In this document: one piece after another, positions 61,005-64,000 of the stretch
Position numbering within the stretch: the stretch's first letter is position 1
Layout: every line of letters begins with the position of its first letter
Source: Octopus sinensis
Lineage: Eukaryota
Direction: 5' to 3'
DNA length: 64,000 nt
Assembly (NCBI RefSeq): GCF_006345805.1
Contig: NC_042998.1
Span: 165,974,001 to 166,038,000, forward strand
Made by a program: the position numbers and the translations under genes
The notes under the pieces: model-generated
Databases searched by the model: none
What the model was told of the DNA's origin: nothing
The model's input: only the letters and a program-made list of their open reading frames with translations

Positions 61005-62700
61005 ATACATACATACATACATACATACATACATACATACATACATACATACATACATACATACATACATACATGGTGGTTGTATACTCCTTATGCAGAG
61101 TCTGACCACCCCCTGTACCTACACCTTAGAACCATCATGGCATCTAAAGTGGCTTTTTAAACCAGACAATGTTCTGAAAAAGACCCCACATAAATTGCAC
61201 ACCCAATTTGGACCACCAAGTTAAGTTCTGATCTTTGTGAATCTTAAAATGTCTTTTGAGGCCTCCATTGGATTTGCAAACCTTCTGGCATGCATTGCAT
61301 TCAAAGGCGTGCACAGACATATAGGCAGAGTAGTTGGTAGAGGTTCGTTTTCCATGAGTTCGCAAATGAGATTTGAGCCCAGCAAAAGAAAGGTATGGTC
61401 TGTCACAAACTGTGCACACAAAAAGGTCATTGTGATTTACCTTCTCGATTGTAACATTCTTCTTTAAATCTCTTATGAGCGTTGCATGCGTTATCTTGGA
61501 CTCTTCAAACGCTTTCAATCCACTCCACACTTTTGTTCGCCATCCAGCTCGATCAGAAGTAAGGGTTTCTATGTCCTCTGGATCCATTCCAAATGACTTC
61601 ATAGTAGTCCTTACGCCATCCTTAAACCTTTTTTTAGGTTTATACCAATATCGTTTCCCCCTGCATAAAAGAGCTGTTTGGACATGCGTTCGAACAATAT
61701 GGCCACACCATCTCATTTGGTTTCTCAAAATCATCGCTTTAATTGAGGTAATGCCTGTAGATGCAAGGACATCTGTGTTTGGGGTAAAAGAACTCCATTT
61801 AATGTTCAAAATGCGATGAAGCATTTTTGGTGGAATTGTTCTGACAATTTTAAATGCCTTTCGTAACAAGTCAATCTTTCACAAGAATACAACAGGAATG
61901 GCAAGACAAATGATTTGTAAAGAGACAGCTTTGTATTGCTATTTATATGCCACTAGCACCAAATGCGTGACTCGAAGCCACCAAATGCTTTTGCCCTTTA
62001 AATTCGCAGATGTATTTCTGTATCAAGTTTTCCATCATTTTGTACAGAGCTTCCAAGGTAAATAAGCGAATCGACAACGTCAAGTAACTTACCCTTAACA
62101 AAAATTTTAGTGGGATTACAAACAGCACCACACGCAGGTTGATGCATTACAACTGTTTTTTTTCCTTCAAGTTGATGGTCAAGCCAAAATCATCACAAGC
62201 TGATCGTCAAATGCAGATACAAGAGATTGCAGACCTGTTTCAGAATGACTGACAATATTGCAAACGTCAGCATACAAAAATTCCCTAATGAGTGAAGTAA
62301 AAACCTTCGTTTTAAATTTCAGTCTGGTCAGGTTAAAAACATTCCCTGTTGTTCGATATTTTATGTAAATACTCTCCTCAGAGTTTTGAAAAGCATGTGA
62401 CAACACAACAGCAAAGTATATTGCAAAGAGGGTGGGTGCATCAAAGTCTCCTTGCTTTACTCCATTTTCCACGGAAAAAGATTGAGAGAGCCTACCGCCA
62501 AATTTAACTCTAGCCGTCATATCTTGATGCAATGCCCTGATCATGCTTACAAATTTTTCTGGACAACCTATTTTCCTTAGAATTAGCCATAAAGCATTTC
62601 GATTAACAGCATCGAATGCTTTGCTCAAAGCAATGATATTGGACAAGATTCTGTTCAATGCATTTTCTTGCAATTGTCTGATAGTAAAGATACAATCACA
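61005..62700 (-). mobile_element. Degenerate RTE/BovB-like LINE with C-terminal C2H2 fingers and (TATG)n tail
   Basis: SKAFDAVNR, GVKQG..APTLF, FLYAD and MRWCGHIVR motifs. Frameshifted; stop at 61121-61119. Confidence 0.85.
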
Positions 62701-62984
62701 CATACATACATACATACATACATACATACATACATACATACATACATACATACATAATGGCTGCAAACTCGTGTTCGAGTATTGCCATCACCCGATCGAA
62801 AATCCTAACCATGCGAATACTACAACCAGCCATTTTTGTGATAGATATTACGTTTTTTCAAGCGATGCTTGTGCATGATGATTTTTTATAGCGGGGAAAA
62901 GATTAGCACAAATCCAATTCCACTCTCTGAACATGGACAGCATAAACTCGAAAAGAAGAACTAGTCTACATCATTGAATATTGT

Positions 62985-63780
62985 CTGTGTCGCAGGTTTT
63001 CTCTCAGAGTTTCCCTCTCCTAGAGAGATGTTGTGACAACAACAGAGGGGCCTCCCACTCCTAGTGGGCCAAACGTGCGCCTGAACACCAACCCAGGAAT
63101 TTCCATGCCCCCCGCGCATACCTACATGCAAACATACACATGTATACATATTGATGGATGGCCGTTGACCGCTCACGAACTCTTCGGCCCATACATATAT
63201 ACATCGATACATACATCGATACATGGTGGCTGCCCCCTCGTTATCGAGTATGGCCATTGCACGAAGCCTAATCAATGTTGTCATCGTGCAATGCCTGTGC
63301 AAGAAGATTTTTTTAAAGTGAGGAAAGGCTGTGCACTGAGTCAATCCCACTCACTAAGCAACAGCAGCCATAATCCGAAAAGAAGAACAAGTCAACATCA
63401 TCGGTAACCACTGAGCCGCAGGTTTTCTGTCGGAGTTATCCCAGTTACCTGAGTTACCTTCTCCTAGAAGGATGCCCTAACAAAGGCTAGGAGTCCTTCA
63501 CTCCCAATAGTTTAACCGCGCGATCGGGTATTCAGTCCGATTATTTCTATGTCCCCGCACATGATACAGTCTTAAGACATTTATTGGATGGCCGTTGACT
63601 CTCAAGAGTTCCTCCGCCCTTTGACGGGTTTTGCTTTTCATCCCGCAGGGTGTCCAATAAACACCCTCCTCACCAAGCAAGCTTGGTGGGGTTGCCGGTT
63701 TAATCGCCGACAACCCGACCATGCAACAGGTTGTACTGGCTTACATGTTACCAGTAGCACTCGAAAGTGACCTACATCGA
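62985..63780 (-). mobile_element. Probable RTE-type LINE 5' UTR, two diverged tandem copies
   Basis: CTAGGAGA(A/G)GG.AACTC...AAAACCTGCG and GTCAACGGCCATCC each occur twice, upstream of and co-oriented with the LINE at 61005-62700. Confidence 0.5.
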
Positions 63781-64000
63781 TACATACATGCATACATACA
63801 TACATACATACATACATACATACATACATACATACATACATACATACATACATCCATACATATATGATGGCTGTCTTATCTTGTCAGATGATAGCCGTTT
63901 CAAATTTGATAGTGAGATTACTGTACGTCATTGGATTTAAGTGACAAAAGCTTGTACAGCACTTTTGCCACTCTCTCGGTCACTATAGTAGTTCTAGTCA

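Noticed and set aside
63400-63780. HDV-like ribozyme in the RTE 5' UTR
   Set aside because: I could not assemble the nested P1/P1.1/P2/P3 pseudoknot by eye, so only the hairpin array is reported.

Overview
AT-rich, microsatellite- and transposon-dense animal genomic DNA. The SINE/RTE repeat repertoire looks like octopus, but that is inference. One host gene can be fully reconstructed: actin-related protein 6 (ACTR6/ARP6), minus strand, 12 coding exons from 38294 to 5219. All introns are GT-AG with consistent phases, giving 1191 nt (396 aa plus stop). Its introns and upstream region hold tRNA-derived SINEs, RTE and other LINE fragments, mariner/Tc1 relics, Helitron pieces, MITEs and Penelope-like fold-backs. 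The highlight is an intact, very young, compact (4264 bp), GC-rich LTR retrotransposon at 43588-47851 (gag plus -1 frameshifted PR-RT-RH-IN pol, TSD CTAAT). Its primer-binding site is not the usual TGG type: it is the exact complement of nt 1-12 at the 5' END of tRNA-Phe. That would imply priming by a short 5' tRNA fragment. The same element has a phased GGGAAAC slippery site with a pseudoknot and a candidate 70-nt intron removing U5 and the PBS junction. Other notable items are a minimal hammerhead motif in a Penelope-like palindrome, a seven-hairpin RNA array in a probable RTE 5' UTR, a Helitron-borne ORF made mostly of STPR-like repeats, and a complex inverted duplication. All alignments were by eye, and most repeat boundaries are approximate.
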